This document shows, in pieces, positions 48,425 through 58,489 of a stretch of DNA of 64,000 nucleotides (position 1 is the first letter of the stretch; every line of letters starts with the position of its first letter). The notes beneath the pieces were generated by a model that searched no databases, had not been told where the DNA came from, and saw nothing but the letters and a program-made list of their open reading frames with translations. Position numbers and translations under genes: made by a program. The stretch covers positions 4,992,001 to 5,056,000 of the forward strand of contig CBDDPY010000002.1 in NCBI GenBank assembly GCA_965232515.1. The letters are read 5' to 3'. Source of the stretch: Alphaproteobacteria bacterium (GTDB lineage Bacteria > Pseudomonadota > Alphaproteobacteria > GCA-2731375).

Positions 48425-50440
48425 ATGGACACTACGCGCGCGACCGCGGCATCCGCATCGAAATGTTTACGCCGGCCGGTCCGGATCCTCGCAGCGGTGC
48501 TGGCGGCCGGCCTCGCGATCCCGGCCATGGCGCAGCAGGGCGCGACCCGCACGAAAGATATCAACGCCATCGTTTTCCAGGAGCGGGTCAAGGCGGCGGT
48601 CGACGGCCGCGTCAAGGGCTATGCCTTCGTCATCGCCGATCGCAGCGGCGTCGAGGTCAAGGTCTCCGGCGGCATGGCGCAGGCGCGCGGCGACGGCGAT
48701 ATCGCCATGAAGACCTTCGTCCCCAGCGGCACCGGTTCGGTCGCCAAGGTGATCTCCGGCGTCGCGCTCCTGCACCTGCTCGAACAGCGCAAGGTGATGA
48801 ACGCCTCGGTGCAGCGACAGCTCGACGTGCCGATCTGGGCGCATCTGCCCGACGGCTGGCGCCGCGCCTATAGGGGGCGGAATCTGGAAAGGATCACCTT
48901 CCGCCAGCTGCTGCAGCACAAGTCCGGCATCCGCATCGGCGACGGCGGGGTGCCGGATGACTGGCCAGGCATCAAGATCAGCTATGTGCTCGATCAAGGC
49001 GTGAATGCCGGCAATGTCGGTGGCCGGTCCTACAACAACTTCAACTTCACCCTGCTGCTCTACCTGATCCCGGCGCTCGCCTATCCGAACCAGGTCGGCG
49101 AGATCGAGGCGGAAAACGCCGACCTGTCCGAGCATGACTATGCCAAGGCGATCACGCCGGCCTACGGCGCGCTCTATGAGAAATATCTGCGCGAGGTGAT
49201 CTTCCCGAAGACCGGCGCGCCGATCCAGCCGACCTGCCGGCCGCTCGACGAGATCGCGTCCGGCCGCTACGCCAAACATTACGCCAACCGCAATGCGACG
49301 CGGGGCGACACCATCAACTCGAACTTCTGCCGCTCGCAGGGTGCCTGGTACTACTCGGCGCAGGATCTCGCCCAGTTCGCCCGCAGCTTTGCGCTGACGA
49401 ACAACCTGTTGAGCGCCGCCACCCGCAACGCGCTCTACGATCCCGCCGACGGCGACGCGCGGATGGTCTATTCGCGGGTTATCTCCAATGCCGGTTTCCA
49501 GCGCGATATCGGCCAGGGGAACGTCGCCTATCACGGCGGCACCCAGAGCGGCTATCGCGCCGCCCTCGTGCGCCTGCCGTTCGGTTATGTCGGCACCGGC
49601 ATGACCAACAGCGGCGAATTGTCGTCGCAGCGGCTGGCCCAGATCATCCTCGACGCGTTCTACGACGCCACCAGCGACGTGGCGCTGTCCCGCGCCCATC
49701 ACGGCCTGACGCCGGCCCGTTACCAGCAGATGGTCAGCGAGTTCGAGGAAAGCGGCAGCATGGTCGACTAGGTCGACTTCTACAATGTCCGCGGCAAGAC
49801 CTTCGTCAATCTGATCCTGCGGCCCCGGCGGTCGGACTGGCTGCTGCGCCACGGCCTCACCGGCGCGCAGTATCAGCGCCTCTACGACCGCCACGTCAAG
49901 AACGGGCGCTTCAAGCTGCGCCAGGTCGACAGCTATCTGCGGGACGGCCGGGTCGCCTACGCCGCGCTGCTGGTCGCCGGCGCAAGCGCCAACATGCCGG
50001 CCTACCACGGCGTCGACGCCGCCACTCACAACAGGAGATTCCGGGACCTGACGTCGCGCGGTTTCGTGCCGGTCAACATCTCGGTCGTGTCGGTCAACGG
50101 CGGGCCGCGCTATACGGCCTTCTATGAAAAGCGCAACACGCGGGGCCTGTGGGTGAAGTCGCTGCTCGACGGCCGCGGCTATCAGGACGCGGTCGACGCG
50201 CGCCGCCGCGACAAGATGGAGCTCGCCTATGTCAACACCTACCGGCACGAGGGCAAGCTGCGCTACTCGGTGATCTTCTACGGCAACATCAACAAGTCGC
50301 AGGTCCTGCGCCACGGCATGGGCCCGCGCAAGTATCAAAACGAGTTCGACACCCATGTCGGCAACGGCTTCGGCCTGAAAATGATCACCGGCGGCGGCCA
50401 TGCCGGTAAACACCGCTACGCCGCCGTCTGGCAGCGCTAG
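48425..50440 (+). pseudogene. Secreted serine hydrolase (beta-lactamase fold) with C-terminal tandem repeats, interrupted by one in-frame TAG at 49769-49771
   Basis: SVAK (SxxK), YNN, HGG motifs; frame stays open from 49772 to 50440 with HG[LVM]...YQ repeats; ORF 49994-50440 is in the same frame. Confidence 0.8.
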
Positions 50441-50817
50441 GCAGTGCGGCGGGCCAAAATCCACAGCAGCAGATAGCCGGCGCCGAACAGCCCGGCGCCG
50501 GCGATCAGCGCATTCGAGACCGCGCCCTCGAAACCGTAGAGCGGCGCGTCCGCCAGCCGCACGTGCAGCCCGGCATGCACGACCAGAAAGCCGCAGACCA
50601 GCAGTCGGAAGCCGTCGCGCAGCCGCGTATTGCCGTGATGGCTCAGCCATAGGAACAAAAAGAACATCGGCAGGTGCAACAGCAGGAACGCCGTGTAGGC
50701 CGTCGCCTCCGGCAGCGTCCGCAACACGTAGAGCAGCCGCCACTCCGCCGCCATCACCGCATCCATCTCGTGCACGAACAAAGCCGTCAGCCCGAGGTAA
50801 TAGACGATGTTCCGCAT
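50437..50817 (-). CDS. Small membrane protein (DUF6713-like)
   Basis: HEMDAV...EWRL, LLHLP, HAGLH; 4 TM segments; GGAGG RBS. Confidence 0.7.
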   Translation of the reverse strand: MRNIVYYLGLTALFVHEMDAVMAAEWRLLYVLRTLPEATAYTAFLLLHLPMFFLFLWLSHHGNTRLRDGFRLLVCGFLVVHAGLHVRLADAPLYGFEGAVSNALIAGAGLFGAGYLLLWILARRTA

Positions 50818-51231
50818 GGCCGACCTCCACGCTCACCTGGTCGATGGACGGGGATATTCGGCCACCTACGCCGGAAGACAATTACCTCGCGCGTAAGCGG
50901 ATCTTGGAAGCGACGACCCGAGTTCGGCCACCGGCCGCGATCCGGCGAAACCGCATAAAGGTCATGCGGTCCTGCATGACGTGGGGATGTCGGCGCGAAA
51001 ACGGCGAAAGACCGCGGTTTCGGACTTGGAACCGGCGCATCGGACGGCGGCCGCCGCCCGCCCGGCCACGGCGTCCCGTGAACCGGATCACAACCGCCGC
51101 CGCGCCGCGTCCATAGGTTCTCGTCCGTTGATGGCGGGCGTTGCGGTCCGGGTTTCCGGGCAATCTCAGCGGCCGTGTCAGCAAGACGGAGTGGGGATCA
51201 ACCTTTGGCTCTGACAGTAGAGGAGGGCATC

Positions 51232-51588
51232 GTGGCCCGATCCGATTTCAACATGGTTCACATCAACCACAAGTTCACTTCCGGCGCGCCGGTGAAGAGC
51301 GCCAACTTCCCCATCGAAGGCAACAAGGCGCCGGTCGACGACGCCTACCTGATCCTGCAGGTGCAGGGCGTGGCGTCGATCCATTCGATCTTCATCAACG
51401 ACGAGCATATCGGCGGCGTGGCGCTCGCGGCGGCGCCCGGCAATTCGCAGGCCTGGCGCATGGGCATGGCGCATATCCGGCCCGGCCTCCTGCATTCCGG
51501 CACCAACTCGATCCGCATCAACCGCCACCCCACCACCGACGACGACTTCCGCGTCAACTGGGTCGTCGTCAACTGGCGCGAGAACTGA
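51232..51588 (+). CDS. Beta-sandwich hypothetical protein (DUF7383-like by recollection)
   Basis: GTG start after GAGGAGGG; DAYL.LQ, H.I.IN, G.N.IRI.R...DDF.V..VVV.WRE. Confidence 0.7.
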   Translation: MARSDFNMVHINHKFTSGAPVKSANFPIEGNKAPVDDAYLILQVQGVASIHSIFINDEHIGGVALAAAPGNSQAWRMGMAHIRPGLLHSGTNSIRINRHPTTDDDFRVNWVVVNWREN

Positions 51589-51678
51589 TCGTCAAACAAC
51601 GAGCAATGTGTTGACAGCCGCGACCGGGTAGCCACTCGGTCGCGGTTTTGCTTTCCGCGCCTCGCGGAGTCGGCGGCC

Positions 51679-51837
51679 TCACCTCCGGTTCGCCAGCTCG
51701 TCTTCCAGGTTGGAGACGCGTTCTTCGATGGCAACGAGGCGGCGTTCGAACGCCTTGAGCGCTTGCGTGAGGGAGCGGGCGACGTAGCCGACGCAGAGGA
51801 TGATGGCGATCAGCGCGACGAGGATCGTGGGGTCCAT
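51679..51837 (-). CDS. 52-aa single-TM coiled-coil small protein (not in ORF track)
   Basis: MDPTILVALIAIILCVGYVARSLTQALKAFERRLVAIEERVSNLEDELANRR*; host-like codon usage. Confidence 0.7.
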   Translation of the reverse strand: MDPTILVALIAIILCVGYVARSLTQALKAFERRLVAIEERVSNLEDELANRR

Positions 51838-51883
51838 GTCCGCTATGCTGCCCCGAAACGCGCCGGCGGCGAATTGCGTCGGA

Positions 51884-52588
51884 TCAAGCGGCCTTGGCGG
51901 CGCCGACTGCGCGGCGCAGCGCGGCGCGGGCGAGGAGGCGGGTGGAGTCGAGGGTCGGCAGCGGCGAATTGTCGTCGCTGATGATCAGCGGCAGTTCGGT
52001 GCAGCCGAGCACGACCGCGTCGCAGCCCGCGTCCCGCATGCGGCCGATCACCTGTTGCAGATAGGCGGTCGCTTCGGGCTTGAAGTCCCCGTAGACCAGT
52101 TCGTCCATGATGATGCGGTTGATCTCGTCGCGCTCGGCCGGTTCCGGCCGCAGGTAGGCGAGGCCGCGGGCCGTCAGGGCCTCCGGATAGACCTCGCTGT
52201 CGACCAGCCAGCCGGTGCCCGTCACCGCCAGGCGTTCATGGCCGCGCGCCACCGCCTCGTCCGCCACCACCTCGGCGATATGCAGCCACGGCAGCGGCGA
52301 GCGCGGCATGACGTGGGGCAGGGCGGCGTGGATGGTGTTGTCGGGGCAGATCAGGAAATCGGCGCCGATGGCGGCGAGCTTCTCCGCCGACGCCAGCATC
52401 AGGTCCGCGATGCCCGCGAGGTCGCCCCGATCCAGGCAGGCGACGTAACGGCTGAGCGGCGGCGTATGCATGGACACCTCGGGATGCCCGTGCGGCCCCA
52501 GCAAGTCCGCGCCCTCGGTGCAGATCGTCCGATAGCACAAGCTCGCCCCCTCGGCCGAGCAGGCGACGATCCCGATATGCTGCGTCAT
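51884..52588 (-). CDS. Aspartate/glutamate racemase family protein
   Basis: CPDNTIH and LGCTELP two-Cys motifs; GGGGAGG RBS. Confidence 0.9.
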   Translation of the reverse strand: MTQHIGIVACSAEGASLCYRTICTEGADLLGPHGHPEVSMHTPPLSRYVACLDRGDLAGIADLMLASAEKLAAIGADFLICPDNTIHAALPHVMPRSPLPWLHIAEVVADEAVARGHERLAVTGTGWLVDSEVYPEALTARGLAYLRPEPAERDEINRIIMDELVYGDFKPEATAYLQQVIGRMRDAGCDAVVLGCTELPLIISDDNSPLPTLDSTRLLARAALRRAVGAAKAA

Positions 52589-52723
52589 GGCCTTTGCCTC
52601 CCCGGATGCGCCGCACCGCAGCTTACAGAACCGTCGGCATGGCTCAAGAGCGGGCCGGCGCATGAAGCGTTTATCGGCGCGGCAACGGCCTGCTATGTTG
52701 CCGCCTCCATTCTCCGCTTCCCG

Positions 52724-53353
52724 ATGGCCGATATGAGCGACGAGCTTGCAAGTCTTTTCCTGGCGCTGGGCATTTTCTCGGTCGGATTCGTCAGCATCGG
52801 TCCGAATATCCTGGCGATCATCGGCACGTCGATGGACAGAGGCCGGCGCCACGGCGTCGCGCTGGCGCTGGGTGTCGGCACCGGCTCGGGCATCTGGGCG
52901 ACCATGACCGTCACCGGGCTGACGGCGCTGGTCGCGGCCTATGCGCAGGCCGTGTTCGTGTCGAAAGTCTTTGGCGCCGTCTACCTGCTGTGGCTGGCCT
53001 ATAAGGCGTTCCGCTCGGCGGCGACGCCGGACGGCCATGTCGTCGCGACGTCGGCGCGCGGCGGCAACCTCTACTGGCGCGGCCTTACGATCCAGATGAC
53101 CAATCCCAAGGCCGCGCTGCACTGGATCGCCATCGTCGGCATCGGGCTCGGCGCCAATGCGCCGCTCTGGGTCGGCATCACGCTGGTCGTCAGCGCGACC
53201 GTGATGTCGTTGCTGGGGCATCTGGCCTACGCGGTCACGTTCTCGACCAGACCCGTCGTGGCCTTCTACCGGCGCGCGCGCCGTTGGATCGAAGCGGCGC
53301 TCGGACTGTTTTTCGCCTTCGCGGCCTTCAAGATCGCCACCTACCGCGCTTGA
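52724..53353 (+). CDS. LysE/RhtB family exporter
   Basis: GPN, GAVYLLWLA, TNPKA; start 52724 or 52733. Confidence 0.85.
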   Translation: MADMSDELASLFLALGIFSVGFVSIGPNILAIIGTSMDRGRRHGVALALGVGTGSGIWATMTVTGLTALVAAYAQAVFVSKVFGAVYLLWLAYKAFRSAATPDGHVVATSARGGNLYWRGLTIQMTNPKAALHWIAIVGIGLGANAPLWVGITLVVSATVMSLLGHLAYAVTFSTRPVVAFYRRARRWIEAALGLFFAFAAFKIATYRA

Positions 53354-53406
53354 ACGACCGCCTTTAGTCGGGGCGCCGCGCCGCCGAGCATCGAATCGTG
53401 CGGCGG

Positions 53407-53694
53407 TCAGCCCTGCAGAAACGCCAGCCGCTCATCGGTTCTGGCCGGGGCGATCTCGTGGATCTCCGGGCTGACCACGTCTTCGGCGACGAACGGATCG
53501 TCGTTCACCCGGCTTTCGAGGGCCGCGCGCGAGGTGTTGTGCGCGACGATGCCGCCGCCCGCGCCTGGTTGCAGGCTGCCGGCCAGCACGAAGACGCCGT
53601 CGTCGAACCCCCGTTTGAGCCAGGCCTTGTGGCCGTCCATGAACTGGCTCGCCTGGCTTTTGTTGCCGGAAAACTTCAGCAGCACGATAAACAT
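53407..53694 (-). CDS. YciI family protein
   Basis: H..WL, GG...A, DPFV motif. Confidence 0.85.
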   Translation of the reverse strand: MFIVLLKFSGNKSQASQFMDGHKAWLKRGFDDGVFVLAGSLQPGAGGGIVAHNTSRAALESRVNDDPFVAEDVVSPEIHEIAPARTDERLAFLQG

Positions 53695-53709
53695 CCGACT
53701 TGCTCTCCT

Positions 53710-54315
53710 TCAGGTGTCCTTGTCCGTGAAAGCGGCCGGCGCGCCGTCTGGCGTGCACGACGCCAGCCAGTCGCACATCGCCGCGACTTCGCGTTTGATG
53801 AACTTCTCGTCGCGATAGGCGTTCGCCAGCGTGGCCACGCCCTGGCTGCGCGCCAGCAGGTGCAGCGCCAGCGCGTCGGCGTCGGCCGCGCGGCCGGCTG
53901 CCGTGAACTGCCGGCGCAACCAGGTCCGGAACAGCGTGAACAGCTTGTTCGCTTCGCCGCGGGCCGCGTGGTTCAGCTTCGCCAGCTCTGACGACAACGT
54001 GCCGACCGGGCAGCCGTAGCGCTTAATGTCCGCTCGGTTCGCGATCAGAATGTGGATGAAGCGCCGGATGCGGCCGGCGGGCGTTTCCTCGTCGCGTTCC
54101 CACGCGTCCAGCATCGCCCTTGTCTCGGCCAGGCGCGCCTCGATCACGGCGTCCAGGATCTCGTCCTTGGTCTTGAAGTGGTAGTAGAAGTTGCCGCGCG
54201 AGATCCGCACGACCTCGGCGATGTCCGAGAACGAGGTGTGATCGAAGCCCTGCCGATAGAACAGATCGTCGGCCGCCTCGACGATGTCATCGCGGGTCGT
54301 CCTGTTGTCGCCCAT
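53710..54315 (-). CDS. TetR/AcrR family regulator
   Basis: LFYRQGF..TS..DIA...SRGNFYYHFKTKDE; GCPVG. Confidence 0.92.
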   Translation of the reverse strand: MGDNRTTRDDIVEAADDLFYRQGFDHTSFSDIAEVVRISRGNFYYHFKTKDEILDAVIEARLAETRAMLDAWERDEETPAGRIRRFIHILIANRADIKRYGCPVGTLSSELAKLNHAARGEANKLFTLFRTWLRRQFTAAGRAADADALALHLLARSQGVATLANAYRDEKFIKREVAAMCDWLASCTPDGAPAAFTDKDT

Positions 54316-54371
54316 GAAAGCACCTCCTCGCGCCGCCGCGCCCCTGGCGTTGGCCCGACTCCATCGCTGTG

Positions 54372-54410
54372 GGACGCTCGTCCTAGAATTAAAACTTAGG
54401 ACAAGCGTCC
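54372..54410. promoter_or_regulatory. Inverted-repeat operator candidate for the TetR
   Basis: GGACGCTCGTCCTA-N11-TAGGACAAGCGTCC (13/14 inverted match); each arm is itself GGAC-N4-GTCC. Confidence 0.6.
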
Positions 54411-54439
54411 GACATGGTCAAGGGCCAGATGCGATGCCC

Positions 54440-55372
54440 TCAGGTCCGCCGCAGCCAGACCTCGCCGACGGCGTGGTCCGCGCGCTTGCGCAGCACCAGG
54501 TCGGCGCGCTGCCGGGTCGGCAGGATGTTTTCCCGGAGGTTCTTGAGGTTGATCGTGCGCCAGATGTCGCGGGCAACGGCGCGCGCCTCGTCCGGCGGCA
54601 GGTCCTTCTGATGGTGGAAATGCGATGACGGCTGCTGAAAGGCGGTGCGTTGCAGGATCAGACGGCGCGCGATGAACCAGTCTTCGAGATCGCCCTCGTC
54701 GGCGTCGATGTAGATCGAGAAATCGAAGAAATCGGACGCCACCACGGCGGCGCCGTCCGCCGGCTGCAGCACGTTCAGCCCCTCGAAGATCAGCACATCC
54801 GGCTGACCGACAGGCTGGAACTCGTCCGGCACGATGTCGTAGAGCAGATGCGAGTAGACCGGCGCCTTGACGTCCCTCTTGCCGGCCTTGACGTCGGCCA
54901 GGAACCGGATCATCCGCCGCAGGTCGTAGCTCTCGGGAAAGCCCTTGCGCGGCATCAGGCCGCGTTCCTCCAGCACGCGCGTCGGATGCAGGAAGCCGTC
55001 CGTCGTCACCAGCTCGACCCGGGGGTGGTCCGGCCAGCGGGCTAGCAGCGCCCGCAACACCCGCGCCAGCGTGCTCTTGCCGACGGCGACGCTGCCCGCC
55101 AGCGCGACGATATAGGGCGGCCGTCCGGTGGGCCGCCCCAGAAACGCATCCTTGACGCGGCTCAAATTCCGCGCCGCGGCGATATGCAGGTTCAACAGAC
55201 GCGACAGCGGCAGCAGGACCGCTTCCACCTCGTCGAGCCCGATCGGCTCGTTCAGGCCCCGAAGCCGCGCGAGATCGTCCTCGGACAACGTCAACGGCGT
55301 GTTCGACCGCAGCGCCGCCCACTCCCGCCGTGTCAGCACCATATGCCCCGGCCGGCTGCCGCCTTCGCTCAT
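54440..55372 (-). CDS. coaA: Type I pantothenate kinase
   Basis: AGSVAVGKST, TTDGFL, KGFPESYD, APVYSH..YD, EGLNVLQ, NILPTR. Confidence 0.96.
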   Translation of the reverse strand: MSEGGSRPGHMVLTRREWAALRSNTPLTLSEDDLARLRGLNEPIGLDEVEAVLLPLSRLLNLHIAAARNLSRVKDAFLGRPTGRPPYIVALAGSVAVGKSTLARVLRALLARWPDHPRVELVTTDGFLHPTRVLEERGLMPRKGFPESYDLRRMIRFLADVKAGKRDVKAPVYSHLLYDIVPDEFQPVGQPDVLIFEGLNVLQPADGAAVVASDFFDFSIYIDADEGDLEDWFIARRLILQRTAFQQPSSHFHHQKDLPPDEARAVARDIWRTINLKNLRENILPTRQRADLVLRKRADHAVGEVWLRRT

Positions 55373-55399
55373 CCTCGGCCGATCCCCGTTTTCCGCCGC

Positions 55400-55870
55400 T
55401 CAGCTGTCGGCGGCGATGCAATCGACCTCGACGCGGGCGCCGAGCGCCAGACCGTTGGACCCGAACGCGGCGCGGGCGGGAAACTTCCCGGCTTCGAAAT
55501 AGCCCTTGTAGACCTCGTTGAACACGGCCCACTCCGAGATGTCCGCCAGCATGACCGTGCATTTGACCAGATTGTCCATGCCGAGGCCGTGCGCCTCGAG
55601 CGATGTCTTGATGTTGTCCATCACCTGCCTGGTTTCGCCGGCGATGCCGCCGTCGGCCAGCTTCAGCTTGCCCGGCAGATTGCCGATCTGGCCCGAAAGA
55701 TAGATCGTGTTGCCGACCCGCACGGCTTCCGAGAACGGCAGATGCGTCGGCAGCACCTTGCCCGAGTTCAGATGGACGGGTTTGTCGCCGGCCGCCGCCG
55801 GCATGGTTCCGGCTGCCGTCAGCGCCAACGCGGCCATGCCCGCGAACCACATCGCTTTGATGGTACCCAT
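55400..55870 (-). CDS. RidA/YjgF family protein with N-terminal signal peptide
   Basis: PFSEAV..G..IYLSGQIG, FNEVY, PARAA, VEVDCIA. Confidence 0.9.
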   Translation of the reverse strand: MGTIKAMWFAGMAALALTAAGTMPAAAGDKPVHLNSGKVLPTHLPFSEAVRVGNTIYLSGQIGNLPGKLKLADGGIAGETRQVMDNIKTSLEAHGLGMDNLVKCTVMLADISEWAVFNEVYKGYFEAGKFPARAAFGSNGLALGARVEVDCIAADS

Positions 55871-55987
55871 GACTCGCGACCCCTTTCTTGGTCCTGGATC
55901 TCAACGACGATATCGAAACGCCGTGCGCGGAAAAAGATCTGGCGGGGCGTCAGCGGACTGAACGCCGCGTGTTGACGCTCGACGGGC

Positions 55988-56809
55988 TCAAGGCATCAGC
56001 TCGATGACGATGTGTTCGCGCGGCGCCAGTGGCGCGTAGAGCACCCGCACGGGCGCCTCGCGCTCGGAGATCGCGCGGGCCCGCCGATAGACATCCTCTT
56101 CCACCATCTTGTCCAGCTGCACGGGACCGTCCGGCGCCGCGTAGCGCAGCGCGATCCAGCCGCGGGTCTCGTCGTCCGGGTCGTCGCGCCAGGCCCGCGC
56201 GATAACGCCTGGCGTCGGCAGGCCGTGGACCAACAACGCCAGCCGGCGCCGGCGCCATCGGCGATAGTTCCAGAGACCGAAGAGCGGCGGCGCCACGAAC
56301 ACGAAGCTCCACAAGACCTCCCACAGGCCGCCGGCGACGAAGAACCCGTCCCGCACCCGCGCCACGGCGGGATTCGACGGCAAGAATTCAATATCGACCG
56401 CCGTGCCGGACGCGAGGTGGCGAAGGAATAGGCTCGTGGCCTCGTACTCCTGCGCCCGGCCGTCCTCGAAGCGGAAGCGGACCTGAAAAACCAGCCGCTT
56501 CCGCATAACGACATTGTCGCCCAGCGTCCGGTTGGCGTAGACCGACTCGATGACGACGCCGCGCGCGGCGGTCCCGCCGAGGTCGAGGCGGATGTCGTCG
56601 ACGATCGCCCACGGAAAAAACGCCGCCGCAAGTAGCGCGCAGACAACAGCGGTGACGACAAGGCTCACCTGCCATCCGCGCTCGCCAAGCAGCGCCCGGG
56701 CGCGGAGGCCGTGCGGCACCGTCCGTGGGGGCGCTTGGCGCAGCAGCGCGCCCCAGTCCCGCGTCCCCGCCGCGTCCTGTCGATCCGAGGCCGTCGTGCC
56801 GGCAACCAT
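55988..56809 (-). CDS. Hypothetical membrane protein (DUF3592-like)
   Basis: TM / OB-like beta domain / TM / second beta domain; start uncertain. Confidence 0.6.
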   Translation of the reverse strand: MVAGTTASDRQDAAGTRDWGALLRQAPPRTVPHGLRARALLGERGWQVSLVVTAVVCALLAAAFFPWAIVDDIRLDLGGTAARGVVIESVYANRTLGDNVVMRKRLVFQVRFRFEDGRAQEYEATSLFLRHLASGTAVDIEFLPSNPAVARVRDGFFVAGGLWEVLWSFVFVAPPLFGLWNYRRWRRRRLALLVHGLPTPGVIARAWRDDPDDETRGWIALRYAAPDGPVQLDKMVEEDVYRRARAISEREAPVRVLYAPLAPREHIVIELMP

Positions 56810-57017
56810 CGATAGCCCTCCACGCATGCCGTGAGCGGGTGTCGATCCAATGCGAGCGTCAGCATAGCACCCGGGCGGGCCGTTTTCATTTGCCGACCCG
56901 CCATCCAACGGTCGGAGCGGCGGCGTATGGACGCCTCTGCGCCGGATTTCCACGCCGGTGGTCACCGAACCGAGCATTATCGGGATGATGCATCCGGGCC
57001 AGACGCCATTCCCGCGA

Positions 57018-57506
57018 TCAGCCCGTTTCGACGTCCTTCAGAAAGGTTTTCAGCAGCGCATCGAGTTGCCGCCGCTCCGGCTTGGACAGGCCGGCCACCA
57101 GTCGGCACTGTGTTTCCACATGATCGGTGACCGCCGCGTCGATGACGCGGAAGCCCTTGTCCGTCAGCGAAATCAAAAAGCTGCGGCGGTCGTCCTGGCT
57201 TTGGCTTCGTTCGACGAGCCCCGCTTTCTCGAGCTGATCGATCCGGTTCGTCATGGTGCCCGACGTCACCATCGTCGTCGCCATCAGGTCGCCCGGCGAC
57301 AGGGCGAACGGCGGCCCGGACCGGCGCAGCGTCGCCAATACGTCGAAGCTGGCGGCGTTGAGGCCATGCACCGCCCAGGTCTTCTCCATTTCGTGCGAGA
57401 GGCGGAGCGTGAGCCGCTTGAGGCGCCCCAGCAGCCCCATGGGCGCGACCTCGAGGTCGGGGCGTTCCTGCCGCCACTGCGCCAGAATCCTGTCGACGTG
57501 ATCCAT
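57018..57506 (-). CDS. pecS: PecS-like (UrtR-type) MarR regulator
   Basis: DHVDRILAQW..ERPDL N-terminal helix, FDVLATLRRSG, SGTMTNRID; divergent from a pecM-like gene. Confidence 0.85.
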   Translation of the reverse strand: MDHVDRILAQWRQERPDLEVAPMGLLGRLKRLTLRLSHEMEKTWAVHGLNAASFDVLATLRRSGPPFALSPGDLMATTMVTSGTMTNRIDQLEKAGLVERSQSQDDRRSFLISLTDKGFRVIDAAVTDHVETQCRLVAGLSKPERRQLDALLKTFLKDVETG

Positions 57507-57527
57507 CGTGTGATTCTTCGGCTAAAA

Positions 57528-57571
57528 TATCTTGATATCAAGATAAAGATGATTATCTTGATATCAAGATA
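57528..57571. promoter_or_regulatory. Two perfect 18-bp palindromic PecS-type operators
   Basis: TATCTTGATATCAAGATA at 57528-57545 and 57554-57571. Confidence 0.88.
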
Positions 57572-57589
57572 AATTCTGCGGAGGGCATC

Positions 57590-58462
57590 ATGGCTCGTGG
57601 CACCGACGTGTTCCTGACGGCGCTCGCGCCCGCGATCTGGGGCAGCACCTATCTCGTCACGACCGAATTCCTGCCCGACGGTTATCCGGTGACGGTCGCG
57701 ATGCTCAGAGCCCTGCCGGCGGGACTGCTCCTGTTGCTGATCGTCAGGCGGCTTCCGGGTCGCGACTGGTGGGGGCGGGTCTTTCTGCTGGGCGCGCTGA
57801 ACTTCTCGATCTTCTGGGCGCTGCTGTTCGTCGCCGCCTATCGGTTGCCGGGCGGCGTCGCCGCGACGGTCGGCGCGGTCCAGCCGTTGATCGTTGTCTT
57901 CCTTGCGCACGCGGTCTTGCGGACGCCCGTCCTGGCGCTGTCCGTCGTGGCCGCCATGATCGGAATGAGCGGAGTCGCGCTGATGGTCCTGACGCCGGCG
58001 GCGACGCTCGATCCGATCGGCGTGGCCGCCGGCCTTGGCGGTGCGCTCTCCATGGCGGCCGGCACCGTGTTCAGCCGCAAGTGGCAGCCGCCGGTGTCCC
58101 TGCTGACATTCACGGCCTGGCAGCTCACGGCGGGCGGACTGCTGCTGCTTCCGCTCGCGCTCATGATCGAGCCGCCGCTGCCGACGCTGACGCCGGAGAA
58201 CGTTCTCGGCCTCGCCTATCTCGGCCTGATCGGTGCCGCTGTCACCTACGTCCTCTGGTTCCGGGGCATTGGCCGGATCGAGCCGTCCGCCGTCTCCGCC
58301 CTGGGCTTTCTCAGCCCGGCGACGGCGGTGGTTCTCGGCTGGTCGGTGCTCGATCAACAGCTCAGCGCGTTTCAGATCGCCGGCTTCGTCGCCGTTCTGG
58401 CGGGTGTCTGGCTCAGCCAGATGGCCGGCCGCCGGCCGCGCCTCGCCGCCGCGAAGGTCTGA
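57590..58462 (+). CDS. pecM: PecM-like EamA/DMT exporter
   Basis: TALAPAIWGSTYLVTTE.LP, RALPAG, AYRLPGGVAAT. Confidence 0.85.
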   Translation: MARGTDVFLTALAPAIWGSTYLVTTEFLPDGYPVTVAMLRALPAGLLLLLIVRRLPGRDWWGRVFLLGALNFSIFWALLFVAAYRLPGGVAATVGAVQPLIVVFLAHAVLRTPVLALSVVAAMIGMSGVALMVLTPAATLDPIGVAAGLGGALSMAAGTVFSRKWQPPVSLLTFTAWQLTAGGLLLLPLALMIEPPLPTLTPENVLGLAYLGLIGAAVTYVLWFRGIGRIEPSAVSALGFLSPATAVVLGWSVLDQQLSAFQIAGFVAVLAGVWLSQMAGRRPRLAAAKV

Positions 58463-58489
58463 CGGCTGTATCGTCAAAGGAGACTGAAA

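Noticed and set aside
49769-49771. Pyrrolysine or genome-wide amber recoding
   Set aside because: TAG terminates several normal genes here (e.g. at 24593, 29596, 59838) and no pyl genes are in the window; a TGG-to-TAG change is simpler.
55400-55870. Signal-peptide-bearing RidA as a novelty
   Set aside because: Exported RidA-family proteins are, to my knowledge, common in proteobacteria, and the context adds nothing.
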